This document shows, piece by piece, positions 51,351-64,000 of a stretch of 64,000 nucleotides of DNA. The translations under genes were made by a program, and so were the position numbers. The number at the start of each line of letters is the position of its first letter. Position 1 is the first letter of the stretch. Below the pieces are notes generated by a model. The model had not been told where the DNA came from. It saw only the letters and a list, made by a program, of their open reading frames with translations, and made no database searches. Source of the stretch: Lama glama (taxonomy: Eukaryota); contig CM052816.1 of assembly GCA_028534125.1 (NCBI GenBank), positions 53,632,001-53,696,000 of the forward strand, in the 5' to 3' direction.

Positions 51351-54300
51351 TCTCTGCGATGTATTCTAAACATAACAGCAGAATGGTTCTGGATGTGTAT
51401 TAGGTTATGACTCCTCTCTATTCTTAACCCTCCAGTTGTTCCTTACTTCATTCAGAGTAAACACCAAAATCTTTAGTATTATTTACCCTCCTTTCATTTT
51501 CTCTTTGCCTCGAGAGTACCCTTCCTCCCTGTCCTTCCCCTCCCGTATCTGCCTGGCTTCCTACCTCACTTGGATGTCTTTGTTCAGATGTCTTTTTATT
51601 TAGCTTATTCTGACCACCCCATTTGAAATTACCCACTTCTTTCCTTCCTGTGTTCTTTCTCCCTCTGCTGTATTTTTCCCTCATATCATCTCATGACTTA
51701 AAATTTGCTTTTTTATTATGTACGTTTGTTGTCTATTTTGCTTATTAAAGTAAAAACTCGCAAAGGCAAGGATTTTTGTCATTTTTGTTCATTGGTGTGT
51801 CACAAATGCAAATGAGAACCAAATGAGACTAGAGTTACAAAATCTAAGGGAAGATTGGATCAAATACAGAGGAATAATTTAAAAGTATTCATGAGATTTT
51901 TGCATTGGGTTTTTTTTTTTTTTGCATTGGGTTTTTAAATAAGGAATTTGTTGCTTTTGTGACAGAAGTTTTAATAGAGAAGTAAGAGAGAAGAAGATTA
52001 CCAAGGGTTGAGGGTGTGGTGATAGCAATTGTAGACTATTCTTTTTTAATTATGCAAACAATATAACAGTTCACAGAAGTTCATACTTAGATAATTCATG
52101 GCTTCTCCTTAGAGGGTTAGTAGACAGATGATTAGGCAGTTGGAGTTTTCTGTTTCTTACTCACTCTTGTATTTATTGTGAATGCTTTATGCTAAAAACT
52201 ACATGAGCTTCTGAGTGTCATCCATGGGATGGACAGGCCCTAACTGAACTGAAAGTTGTTAAGCCATCACCTTGTGCACATAAACTAATTATGAAGGTGG
52301 CCAATCCTTTAGCTGCGTAGCACTAGAAAAAAGTGGATTCTGACTCTTAGTCCCAGCCTTTTTTGTTGTTGTTGTTTTGTTTTTTTGCATACCTATTCAT
52401 ATGCCCAGTGCATCATTTGGAGTAGAAGCATCTTTCATTTGAGTAGTCCTCAAAGCATGAAGAGGAGCATGCCCATGTCCTAGGATTTTTTAACAGAGCT
52501 TGAGAAAGGTCTAGCTCTCTTCTCAGAGGTTTTGATGCATCCTTTTGGGGATGTAGTTCCATTTGGAAATCACTACTCCTTATCACTTTTCCCAATCCAA
52601 CATTGCTGGATTTAAATTTAAGGTGTTGCTTTTCATGGTACTCACATTTTGGTGAGTCTTTTGAGGGAAAAGGAGGTAACTGTGTAGTGCAGTGCTAACT
52701 GGTGAAGGGCCTTTTTTTTTCCTTTTTAATTTCCAGACAATTATGAATGGATACTTCTGTAAAATACAATAAACAGTAAATTGCTAGAAAAACAAAATGA
52801 AAAAAGCACGCAAAATAGAAGCTCAATTTTCTATTAGATTCAAAAATATAAAATTACACTTTTTAATTGCTCTAAGTGCTTGCTTTCAGATTCTGTTTAC
52901 ATCTCCTTATGTGCTAGTAACAAAAATTTGTGGATTGTGGTCTTTCTCAGATCACATTTTGAATAGCACTGAGATAGTGTACAGTGCTACATAGTGTTAA
53001 TTTCCCCCTTAATTTATATTTTATTTAAAAGAAGTAGAAGGTTTTAATGAGTTATAAATTAAAGATTTTTTAAAAAAGAAGTAATTTATATGATGTGAAA
53101 AGCCCTACTACCTCAAGTTCTTATGGGTAACAGGTGAGATTTTGCTTTTCGATTATAGTTACTGCTTTATACTGGTGCTGAAATAAAAGTGACTTTTTGG
53201 TGATAGTAACATTTTCTTTAATTTTCCAGTTATGTTTTTTCTCTGTTCCTTGAAAGTATAAAAATAGGCGTATTTTGAGCATGAAAGGAAAAGTTATACC
53301 GCTTAACACCACAAGATGTCACTTATGTAAAAATAAAGTTGATATTCTAATACTCAAAGCTGGAAAGCTACAGGTAAATAGGTAAATGTAGAATTAGGTA
53401 AACTAAATATATATATATATATATGTATATTTGGAACACGTATTGGTTTTTGGCAAAGAGTCAGTGAATATATTACTACTTCAGCATTAGTTTGAATTAA
53501 CTCTTTTGGTATTTAGCAAAAAAATTTCTTAATTCTTAAGGTTAATGTATGTTAATAGGCCACATTTGAATCCATATAACGAACGAGGTAGACCTTAAAT
53601 GGCTCAATACAAGTGAATGTATTTTGAGGGCAAACTAGGTGTTATAGTATTAACTCTCCCAAATCTCTACTGTTTTGGTGACAAGTGAAGAGGCACTTAG
53701 GTAGAGATGTGTAATTTCTCTTTCACAAAGACCTGTTCATAAAATAGGTATCTGAGAAGTTGAATATTATGTCAGGTTGAAACAGTTCCTAGGATTTTAT
53801 TTGTGTCTTTTCTCTGAACCCCCGAGTTATTAGCTCTCTGCCCATGTTAACACCAAAGGTATTTGTATTTATTGTTGAAGACTATCTTTTCTGTTAAACA
53901 CGAAGAACAAAACCTTTGGCCTTAATACCGGATTCCTGTTTTCTTGTTTTTGGTTTGAGAGAGCAGGTCAGGACCTAAGGTGGTTGGGAAGGGGACCCTG
54001 GCATCTCAAGCTAAGAGGAATAAACCAAGTTTCCATTAGGCCATGAATAAGATTACACCTGGGGTTAGAGGTTGGACTGTCCTAAAAATTGACACTTCAT
54101 TATTCTTCATTGCTCACTTCTCTCTCCAGATAACACTGGTGAAAAGAGTGGTGGAACACTTGAGGGAAAAAAAGGAGATCAGACATGAAAATGAATCTTC
54201 TTTCTTTTTTTTTGGCATGCATATGTGCGATCACATATTATTGCTACTTCCTTCTTATCGCTTCAGCTTTTTTCCGCTTTCTTCTTCCCAATTAGTTTTT

Positions 54301-54797
54301 CAAGGTTTCTTTTAGGGTTTTGGCTTTTCATTTGTAAATATCTACATGGTCAGTAAGTAAAATAGGACAGTAACAAAAATTAGAAGGGAAAAAACCTCAT
54401 TTGTGGTTTCATTAATTTTTATTCCCTTTCAGTTATCTGTGTAATGTGAAAGAATGAGAAGTTTTAGGAAGGAATTCTACATTCATTGCAGTGAACAATT
54501 ACAGTATTTTATATTTGGTAGTTGTATATCCTCACATATAGTCCTTATATGTTGCTGTCTTACTATTTACATACTTTCTAACTGTATTTTAAATTCAAGA
54601 GCAGTAGTTGTTACAATTAATTGAATTATTTTTGTGTCTGGCTAGTGTTCACCATTGCATTTAATTTTATGAGCTGCTTGGAAAGAAAGAGTAATTTTTT
54701 TCATAGTAAATCTCATTGTCTTTACTCTTTTTGGCAAAAATATACTTATCTTTCATTTGTTTATGTTCTGCAATGACAGTTTGTAACATTTAACTCC

Positions 54798-55180
54798 TAT
54801 ATCCGTTTGCTAGGACTGCTGTAACAAAATGCCACAAGCTTGGTGTCTTAATCAGCAAAAATTAATTTTTCTGGAATTCTGGAGGCTAGAAATCTAATAT
54901 CAAGGTGTTGATAGATTTGGTTTCTCTTGAGGCCTCTCTCCCTGGCCTGCAGTTGGTTACCTTCTTGCTGTGCCCTCACAGGGTCATCTCTTGGTCTTCC
55001 TGAGTCTGCCCTATTCTGTACTTATAAAACATCAGTCATATTGGATTAATGCCCACCTCATTTTAATTTAATTCCCACTTTAAAGGCTCTGTCTCCAGAT
55101 ATAGTTATATTCTGTGGTATCGGGGGTTAGAATTTTAACGTACAAATGTTGGAAGGGACACAAGTCAGCCCACAACAACA
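54798..55180 (-). mobile_element. MaLR LTR (MLT1A-like)
   Basis: TTGCTAGGACTGCTGTAACAAAATGCCACA...TTCTGGAGGCTAGAAATC...GGGACACAAGTCAGCCCACAACA. Confidence 0.85.
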
Positions 55181-56786
55181 TATGACCAATCACTCATTCT
55201 TAGTAAGTGCTTACTGCCTACATTCGGCCTAAATTTGTAAAATGTACCAAGTAAAGTATTTTTGTCAAGGCTATATTTATTTGGAGTAAAGGAAACTCTT
55301 CTCACCTATTTTTAAGCTTAAACTGAGATGAAAGGGCCTCTGATGCATGTTTTTGTTGTTACTGTTCTTGAACCATATTGCATGAAGGAGCTATGTGGAG
55401 TAAATTTTCTTAATCTCTTTCTGGAGAGTTTGTTGTAGAAACTATGAAAGATTACTAATCATAAACTAATAACTAGTCCAAGTACTTGATTACATTTTGT
55501 AATACTGCAGTCTTAGTTTCTTGTTAGTTTTCTATAGTCATTTAAGATTTTCCTTTGATATCCTAAAATAAGATTCAGTGATTTAAATTCTTGAGTAAGC
55601 TTGAAGCTTAAATATGATAATCTAATTTCAGTGTATGAAAATAGTGGCTTATCTGATCCCAAATAATGTATTTCTCAGAAATAGATATATGTGTTTTAGT
55701 CTTCTTTGAAAAGATTGTGTCTTATTCACAAAAGTGAATAACACACTATAAAACTTTTTAGTATCATTTTTATGGGGGTATAATTTGCATACAACAAATT
55801 ATCCACCTAAATATTATAATTAGATGAGTTTTGACAGATGTATAAAATTGTTAAATCACCACCACAATTAAGAAGTTAAAGAACATTTCCATCTTCTTAT
55901 GGAATAAGAAATTTTTTAATGTTCTTTTGATTTCTCCCTTTACCTATGATACCACTGATCTTGGTTCTGTCACTACAGATTAATTTGCATTTTCTAGAAC
56001 TTTAAGTGAATTCAGTCATGCTCCTTTATGTCTGACTTCTTTCACTGACATAATGATTTTGGGATTTATCCATCTTGCTGCATGTATCAGTGGTTGGTTC
56101 TTTTTCATTGCTGGGTAGTCTGGTATACAGCTGAATCACATTTTGCTGTTGGACATTTAGATTATTTCTAGTTTTTCACTGTGAATAAAGCTGCTATGAA
56201 TATTCATGTAAGTCATTATGTGGAAATATGTTTTTATTTCTCTGAGAAGTGGAATGACTGGATCACATAGTAGGTTTATGTTTAAATTTGTAAGAAATTC
56301 AGTTTTCCAAAGTGGTGGTTTTATATCCTACCAGCAGTGTGTGAGAATTCTAGTTGCTCCATAGCCTTGGCAACATTTGTTACGGACATTGTCTTAATTT
56401 CAGCTATTATAATGGGTGTGTAGTGGTATCTCACTTAAGAATCTGTTTCCTGATAATCAATGACCATAAATATCTTTTCATGTACTTACTGATATTCCTA
56501 ATCTTCTTTTGTGAGATGTCTGTTCAGACTTTTTGACCATTATTTTTTGATTGGTTTGTCATATTATAAATGAGTTGTAATTGTTATATAATTGTTTTCT
56601 AAATAAACTTTTGATTTTGAGATAATTGTAGATTCATATGCAGGTATAAAAAATAATAGATCCTGTGTCCCCTTTACCCAGTTTCCTTCGATGATAAACC
56701 GTAGATAGTACAATATAACCAAGATGTTGACATTGACATAATCTACCAGTCTTGTTTACATTTCCCCAGTGTTGCTTATACTTACT

Positions 56787-56817
56787 TGTGTGTGTATGTG
56801 TGTGTGTGTGTGTGTGT
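56787..56817. repeat. (TG)n microsatellite, interrupted
   Basis: Direct read. Confidence 0.9.
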
Positions 56818-57006
56818 TGGGTTACAAGTGTGATTTCATGTAGCCACCAGAAGGTAAAGATATATAACAGTTCCATAACCATAGGGAGCTCTTGTGTTTT
56901 TATATCCATACTTCTCCCTTCCTGTTTTTAACCCTCAGCAACCACTAATCTTTGTCCATTTCTATAGTTTTGTTATTTCAAGGACACTGTATAAGTGAAA
57001 TCATAC

Positions 57007-57468
57007 TGTTCCCAAAAGCAAGTTTGTGTGCTGGACACACAGTGAGGCCAAACGGAAACTTCAGAGTTTGGGGCAGAGAAAGGTTTATTGCAGGGCAGGA
57101 AGAACTGGTGGTTCATGTCCAGAATACCCTGAACTCCCCAAAGGGTTTCAGCAAAGCATTTTTAAAAGCCAGCTGAGGGAGGTAGGGTCACAGGGTATGT
57201 GGTTGGTTTGTGCTCAGTTCTCTGATTGGTGGATGGTGAGGTAACAGGGCAGTGAACATCATCAGTCCTTAGGCACCCATAGGTCTGGGGACTCATGATC
57301 ATCAAGTAGTTAACTTCTTCCATTTGGTGATGGTTTTAGCATCTGTAAAACAACTCAGGAAGTGTACATCAGATACTATTATCTAGGTACCTCCGAGAGA
57401 AGCTACAGCGGAGGATATGGGGGAAATGTCTGTCCCGGGAAGCCCCCATAGGGTCCTGCTGCATTATG
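57007..57468 (-). mobile_element. ERV1-like solo LTR inside an L1 3'UTR
   Basis: Splits the L1 motif AATCATAC|AGTATGTAACC; begins TGTT; near-TSD ATAC/ACAC; AATAAA on minus at 57084-57089. Confidence 0.8.
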
Positions 57469-57971
57469 ACACAGTATGTAACCTTTTAGGATTAATTTTG
57501 CTCAGCGTACTTCTCTGGAGGTTAATCAGGGTTGTCCCAATATCAGTAGCTTGTTTCTTTTTTACTGCCGAGTGGTATTCCATGCTATGGACGTACCACA
57601 GTTTGTAGAACCGTTTATCCATTGAAGGGCATTTGGATTGTTTCCATTTTGGCTAGTAGGAATAAAGCTGCCATGAATACTTGCCTGCAGATATCAGTTA
57701 CTGTGGACTGTATGGTAATTGCAGGTTTAGTTCTGTAAGAGTCTGCCAAACTGCCAGGGTGGCTATCTGTAACCTTTAATAGTTCCCACTAGCAGTATGT
57801 GAGCAGTCCAGCTCTACATCCTCACTATCAGTTGGTGTTGTTGCTGTTTTATGACATGTGTGCAGTGATGTCTTGGTGTGGTTTTGATTTGCTAATGGCT
57901 AATGAAGTTGAATATCTTTTATGTGCTTTTTTGCCACTTGTATATCTCCTTCAGTGATTGTCTGTTAATGT

Positions 57972-58462
57972 CTGTATTAGTTTGCTGGGGCTGCTCTGGC
58001 AAAATACCAGACTGAAGGGCTTGGTCAACAGACATTTATTTCTCACAGTTGAGTCTAGGACTCTAAGGTTGAGGTGTTGGCAGGTTTGGTTTCTTCTGAG
58101 GCTTGTAAGTGGCTGCCTTCCTCACATTGCCCTGCCCCGTGGAATCCCAGAAGTCTGACAGCCTTTTTTGTTTTGTCTCATCTCCCTTCTTTAGTCCTAG
58201 CTGGCAGTGTCTCTGCTGGTGTAATCGCAGCTCTATCCCTGGCTTCAGGTGAGATGTCTGATTAAATCTGTGAATGGCACTGTGATCTTGTTATCAAGTG
58301 ATTTTTCTAGCCACACCATTGGTGGTCTTTCTGAAGACACTTTCTTGATTTTTGCAATGTGGATAAACTGAGAATTTTCCAAATCTTCAAATTCTAGTTC
58401 CTTTTTGCTTAACAGTTCCTTCAATTTATCTTTCTTTCTCATTTTATTGTAAGCAGTAAGAG
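57972..58462 (-). mobile_element. MaLR LTR fragment plus internal (MLT-int) remnant
   Basis: TGTATTAGTTTGCTGGGGCTGC...ACAGACATTTATTTCTCACAGTT; ORF piece DKLKELLSKKELEFEDLENSQ resembles the MaLR internal ORF. Confidence 0.7.
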
Positions 58463-59592
58463 ATTTTCCTCGAGTAGGTTCTTAAATTTTCATGAAATTC
58501 AGTTAATCATTGTTCCCTTCTGTGGACTGTGCTTTTGGTGTGAAGTCTAAGAACTCTCTGCCTAGCTTTATAGTAATTGTTTCAAAAGTCTGTTCTGCCA
58601 TGTTGAAAGAAAAATGATTAGAGATTGCAAATTACCATTTTTTTTTAACTTGGGGTAAATTTTTGAATTTGCTGGGGGAAGTTTCACTTTGAAGAATAGA
58701 GGCAAGTCAGTTGTGAACAAAAAAAAACTATTGGGAGACAGTTGGCTATGGGTTTTTCTCTGTTTTGCTGCACTCCTGTGTAAAGGCACTAGTAGTTTTC
58801 TTCTGGTTTATCTTTTAAGGATGTTTATATAGCACACGGCGTTGGAAAGGAGAAAATGTCTACCTCGTCAGCAAAGTTATCTTACTTGGTGTCATCATCA
58901 TCTGCCTGATTATCCAAAGTGGGGATGGGGGCATCCTTATTGAGTGCCCCTGTCTTATCCTTTGCATTCAGTCACTACATCGCCCTGAATTAAACTTTTA
59001 AGGAGCTCTTGAATCTGTCCTGTATTTATCACTTACTGCTCTGGTTCATTACTTCATCCTTTCATTTAGATATTAAGATTGCCTTTACCTAATTCTTTGA
59101 ATTAGGGCATATCAATTTGGGTCTCCCTTCATATTTATGTTTTTTTCTTTTTGTGTGGTAGGGAGAAAAAAGGGATGTGTGAATGACAGATAGCCTTTTT
59201 TTATTAATTGCTCTTTCTTGACATATTCTGAAGAAAGCTCTTTTTGGCTGATGAAAATATTTAAGTGTTGATTCAAGAATTTTTCTCATTTCTTTTTTTC
59301 TGATAACTATACAAAAGAGAATCTGTATGCTTCTGTTTGTTGATATTTTGCCCGGAACTGAGGTACAGTTTTATATTTTTTGTTTTATTGATAGGCTTCA
59401 TGACAGCCTAGCACTTTGATACTATTGTGTAGGGTTAGGTGAAAAATATGTATTTAATTATAAATAAGAAAGCAGTTATGTAACATTTCCCATTATATTA
59501 TTTCTAAGTCTTACATTATTAAAATTATGTATTTTAATAACTCTGTAATGTTAAAATCTAAATATGCAATTTTTCTCTTTTCTTCTTTATAG

Positions 59593-59668
59593 GAATGAAG
59601 ACCTAAAGCAAATGTTAGAGAGCAACAAAGATTCTGCTAAATTGGATGCTATGAAACGGATTGTTGGG
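59593..59668 (+). CDS. AP3B1: AP3B1 coding exon 2
   Basis: Polypyrimidine tract plus TAG acceptor (AG at 59591-59592). The 76-nt exon completes the split Lys codon (AA|G), reads NEDLKQMLESNKDSAKLDAMKRIVG in frame with exon 1, and ends GGG|GTAGGT. Confidence 0.97.
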
Positions 59669-60838
59669 GTAGGTAAAATAGTAGATCATTTTGACTTTTG
59701 GATACATAACAAGTAGTGACATATTGAAAATATGTGTTAAATAATATATTAAATACCAAATTGAACATCCCTTCTACTCTTTATTATCAACTTAAAATTT
59801 CCCTACTAAAATGTTTTGGAAGAATTAATAAAGTGACAAAATTTAGAAACTTTAGTTCTAATTTTATCTTTTCTGTGTTTTGATTTCCATATCTCTAATA
59901 TCAAGAAATTCTCCTATCACATACAGAGAGCTAATCAGTTTGAAGACAAAGTAAGATTATATACAACAATATCTTGACTTCTTACAAAGATGGATTCTAA
60001 TGAGCTAAAGGATTTTCTTTGTCATTCTTTGACTTAAAAATTGTGAGCATACTTTCTTCTGACTTTCAAATTCCATTAGTACTAATAGAAATATTTTAGT
60101 CCATGTATCATCATAGAACTTCTAATGAGTATTAGAGCACTTGCAAGTTTTCAATTGTAATGCAGAATTCAAGCAATAAACTAATATGTTATTATGTCAG
60201 AGAGTTAAAAATATAATGCAGTTTCTGATTACATATAAAATCTTAAATAAAATATTTTTGTAATTTGTGTTGGTCTCAGCCTAATTTTTTTTTCACTTGA
60301 TTGTTTATATTCAGTGAAAAAACTGGTTTAATTCGGTGACTATCTGATGCTAAGGAGTTCTGCTTGTCTCAATGGAGTTAAATTCATAAAACCTATCTTA
60401 TTACTATGCTTTTTTCACCACCATTGCTGTTTCTGTTTCTCATACGTTTTTATATAAGGTGAAAATGTGATAAATTTGCATAATTGCACAAATAAACTCT
60501 ACTGTAGTAGGTTGACAACAGAACTGAAACAGTCCTGTTTTCTAGCAGGCAGTGCCACCATATGAGAGTTTGAAATCTTTCTTTTCTTAACATATTAAAG
60601 TCCACATCCCATTTATGAAGAATGACTATGAGTGTGAATATGTTCTGTTAAAAGGTCAGTAGTTATGTAAATCAAATATATAGAAGTCAGGGACTAATTG
60701 TACCTGTAGAACACCTGTAAACCGCTTGATTCTTGCATTCAGATATACGTCATTTGGTTAAAAAGACAAATGTTGAAGATTCTTTTGTAAATTTTTCATT
60801 TGTTAATGTTATAATACATAAATAATAGCACTTATGGA

Positions 60839-61878
60839 CAAGTAGTTCTTGCTTTGCATGGCTTTGGTATTTGAATTTCAGTTACCACAGTTCAGTTAAA
60901 TAACACCAGTCCCCTGACAACATGGTTAACATTTCAGTTATCCTGGTATATTAACCTAGTAGTTGAAAAATGTACAAACTTCATCACTGACTCTTCAGTC
61001 CACAACTCACCATGTGGATAACAAGTGTACATCATGAACAGTGACCAGTCAGGTTACTTCTTTCAAAGTTACTTTTAGTGATTGGTCACTGTGTATGTTA
61101 CTCAGTTCATGCACAGACTGCAAAGCATGTAGTAGTGTTTCCTCCTTGTTTCCCAGTGAGTAGCCCACTTGATGTTTTACGGAAATGGATAAATAAAAGG
61201 AATTTGGTCAACAAAGATGAAAATTTGGCAAGGAAATGAAAAGTGATAAGACTGGAAATGAAATGCAGATATAGAATGTAAATGGAATTATAGAGAAATA
61301 GCTGACTATGGAAATAGTAACACTGCCACTTTTTGAAAGACTCTAAATATGCAGCTAGAGGAACTTAAGTAAGGTGAGTTTTTCGACATAAATGAGGAAA
61401 ATGATTGTGATGAAAAGGATGAAGCTATGCCAGAGGAAGCGATGCTGCCAAAAAACTTCACTTTAAAATAATTCTAGGAGATAATTCACACCATTGTAAG
61501 TGCCAAGGATACAATGTTGGAAGCTGATCCAAACTTACAAAGGGGTATGGTAATTTACCACGGTATAGAAGAGATGATTTCTCAGTACCTTGAAAGATGA
61601 GAATAAGTCAAGTCCATTCAGACTACTCTTTGTAAGTTAATTCTCAGCGTTTCTAATGTTTTAAGTTACAGTGTATTAAATAAATATTAATTTTACTATT
61701 TTTCGTTTTTCTATACATTTCTAACTGACAGTAATACAAGTGTTTTAAATGTTTTTTCAAAGTTTTAGAAGTCATAGGTCAATTATAAGTTTTACAGTTG
61801 ATTATCAAGATTGCTTTGCCTGCTCTCAGCTTGCATTCCTGCAGGTTACAGCCCTGCACTACCATGTAAAGCAGGTGG
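60839..61878. mobile_element. Tigger-family (TcMar) DNA transposon derivative, ~1 kb
   Basis: Inverted ends (TTGCTTTGCATGG ... CCATGTAAAGCAG); acidic transposase-tail-like remnant DINEENDCDEKDEAMPEE at ~61385-61440. Confidence 0.65.
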
Positions 61879-62211
61879 TGCTTTTAATGATTTCATTAAA
61901 CTTTGACTTCACATCCCATTAAAGTAAATTATTTCACTAAATCTGAGGATACTATTGAAATTCCTAAATCCAAAAAAAGAGATATTTGGTTGTTTTTTCT
62001 ATATTCCTCTCTCAAACTGATAAAGAAGTAAAAATTGATATTCTCATAATCTAGGCTACTTGACTATCATAAATGTAATGTCAGTGTAAATAAACATCAT
62101 GAAGAAATATAAATGTAGCCATATGTGTTTATTAGCTATAGACTGTCTCTCCTTAGGAAGCTTGTAACTGTAGGAAAATGGTTATTAATTAAAAATTATT
62201 CTTTAACTTTG

Positions 62212-62722
62212 CAGAATGCCCTCAAGATCTATCCATGTTTTCAAAAATGGCAGAATTTCCTTCTTTTTCATAGCTGAATAATATTCCATTACGGTGCACG
62301 CACACACATTCTTCCTTATCTATTCACCCATTGACAGACATTTAGGTTGTTTCCACATCTTGACCATTGTGTATAATGTTGCAGTCAACATGCATGTGTA
62401 CATATCTGTTCATTATCCTGATTTCATTTCCTTTGATATATACCCAGAAGTAGAATTGCTGGATCATGTGGTAGCTATGGTAGCTCTATTTTTAATTTTT
62501 GAAGACTTTGGTACTGTTTTCCATAGTGGCGGCACCAATTTACATTAGCACCAACATTGTTCAGTATTTCTCTTTTATCTGCATCCTTGCAGCACTTGTA
62601 CTTCTTGTCTTTTTGGTGACAGCCATTCTAACAGGCTTGAGGTGATATCTCATTGTGGATTTGATGTGCATTTCCCTCATAATTAGTGATGTTGAGCATG
62701 TTTTCTCGTACCTGTTGGCACC
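62212..62722 (-). mobile_element. L1 (L1MA-type) ORF2 end/3'UTR fragment
   Basis: TTTAGGTTGTTTCCACATCTTG...ATACCCAGAAGTAGAATTGCTGGATCAT...GAGGTGATATCTCATTGTGG. Confidence 0.85.
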
Positions 62723-62889
62723 TTAAACGTATATAATATTCCATGTCAGTTATATTTCAGTAGATCTGGAAAAATTATTCTTTAACTATACAAGTGGCAG
62801 AAATACATATTTGCAATTTTTCAAATAGTATTGAGGTATAAAAAGTAAAAGTTTCATCTTCCACATAAACTTTATGGTCAAATTGTCAA

Positions 62890-64000
62890 GTTGTGTTAAG
62901 AATTGTTTTGGGATTTTGATGAGGGTAATACGGAATTTATGTATTTCCATCTTCCTTCCCTCCCTCTTTCCCTGTCTTTCAGTAGATTATATTTATAGTT
63001 CATAGTTATTATCATATAGATCTTGAGTATTCCTTGTTAGATTCATTTCTGTGTACTTTTAAATCTTAGTTGCCATTAAGAATGGTGCCCTTCACTATAT
63101 TTTTAAAATTAATTATTACTACTATATAGGAAAACAAAGGACTACTTTCTGTTCTTTCATTTGATCTCCTTAAATGAACTCTCTTCTTAGCTCTCATAGT
63201 TTTTTGTTTCTTTGTTTGGTTTTCTAGATGGATAATTACATTGTCTGGAAATTATGACAGATTTGTATATTTTTCCAAATATTTTAATCTCTTTTTTGCT
63301 TTTCTTACATCTTTGCACGGATAAAGCTCCTCTATGATGTTGTAGGGGTGGTAGAAGATAACACTATCTTGGTTTTGATTTTATTGGAAATATTTGTAAT
63401 GTTTTCCTCTTGATTTTAATATATCCTGTAGAATTCAAGTAGTTATATTTCTCTGTGTCTAAGCGGTGTTGAACTATAGTTTTCTTTTTGTCCTCTGTTG
63501 AGGTTTTTGATTAGGCCTAAGCTAGAGTCATAGCATGAGTTGTTATTTAAGCCATCTTGGCCTGCTCTAAGGTTGCAAAGATTCCCCCGTCCCTGTTTTT
63601 AGCTTATATGTTTAGGTCTATGATCCATTTTATATTAATTTTATGTATAGTGTTAGGTGAAAAGCCAAGGTTTTTGTTTGTTTGTTTGTTTGTCTTGCAC
63701 ATGCATATCTAGTTTTTCCCACACTATTTGTTATTAAAAGGCTGTCCTTTCCCCACCAAATTTCAGTCTCCAGTGAAAATCAGTTTACATGTTTGTGTGT
63801 CCACATCTGAACTTTTCTCTTCTGGTTCACAAATCTTTGTGGCTCTCATTTTATCAATACCTCACTCTTGATTTCTGTAGCCTTAAAATAAAACACTGTA
63901 AGTCTTCAAGTTTTTTTTTTTTTTTAAAGATTGCTTTGTTTATGTTATGGCCTTTGCACTTCCATGTAAATTTTAGAAGCTTGTCAGTTTCTATTTTTAA
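62890..64000 (-). mobile_element. Old L1M ORF2 fragments
   Basis: TTTAGGTCTATGATCCATTT, CCTTTGCACTTCCATGTAAATTTTAGAA. Confidence 0.7.

Larger units (their letters stand above)
55765..58570 (-). mobile_element. Nested cluster of old L1 3' ends (two subfamilies) with LTR insertions
   Basis: First L1 3' end ~55765-56590; a second starts TTTTGAGATAATTGTAGATTCA at ~56615; L1 sequence resumes at ~58465. Confidence 0.75.
28194..59592 (+). other. AP3B1: AP3B1 intron 1 (31,399 nt, GT-AG)
   Basis: Bounded by the exon 1 donor and the exon 2 acceptor; the frames join correctly. Confidence 0.93.

Noticed and set aside
1..64000. Prokaryotic-type systems (operons, CRISPR, defence islands) or horizontally acquired DNA
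   Set aside because: The sequence is consistently eutherian intergenic/intronic DNA with no long ORFs, arrays or foreign-composition segment.

Overview
Mammalian (not microbial) genomic DNA, AT-rich and repeat-dense. Four copies of a tRNA-derived SINE resembling camelid Vic-1, with no obvious Alu, Bov-tA, PRE-1 or CAN SINEs, point to a camelid genome (inference). The only gene I can support is the 5' end of AP3B1 (AP-3 adaptor beta-3A subunit) on the + strand: CpG-island promoter at ~27.75-28.35 kb, coding exon 1 (28069-28193), a 31.4-kb intron 1 and exon 2 (59593-59668); the gene continues past the window. The rest is intergenic/intronic DNA filled with L1, L2, MIR, ERV1/ERVL/MaLR LTRs and hAT/Tigger fossils. 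None of the listed ORFs looks like a real independent gene. I found no convincing new biological system. The most unusual object is a TSD-flanked 3.35-kb internally deleted L1 in intron 1, in which the ORF1 N-terminus joins in register to the ORF2 C-terminal region. Repeat subfamily names come from memory of consensus sequences, and boundaries without a stated TSD are approximate.
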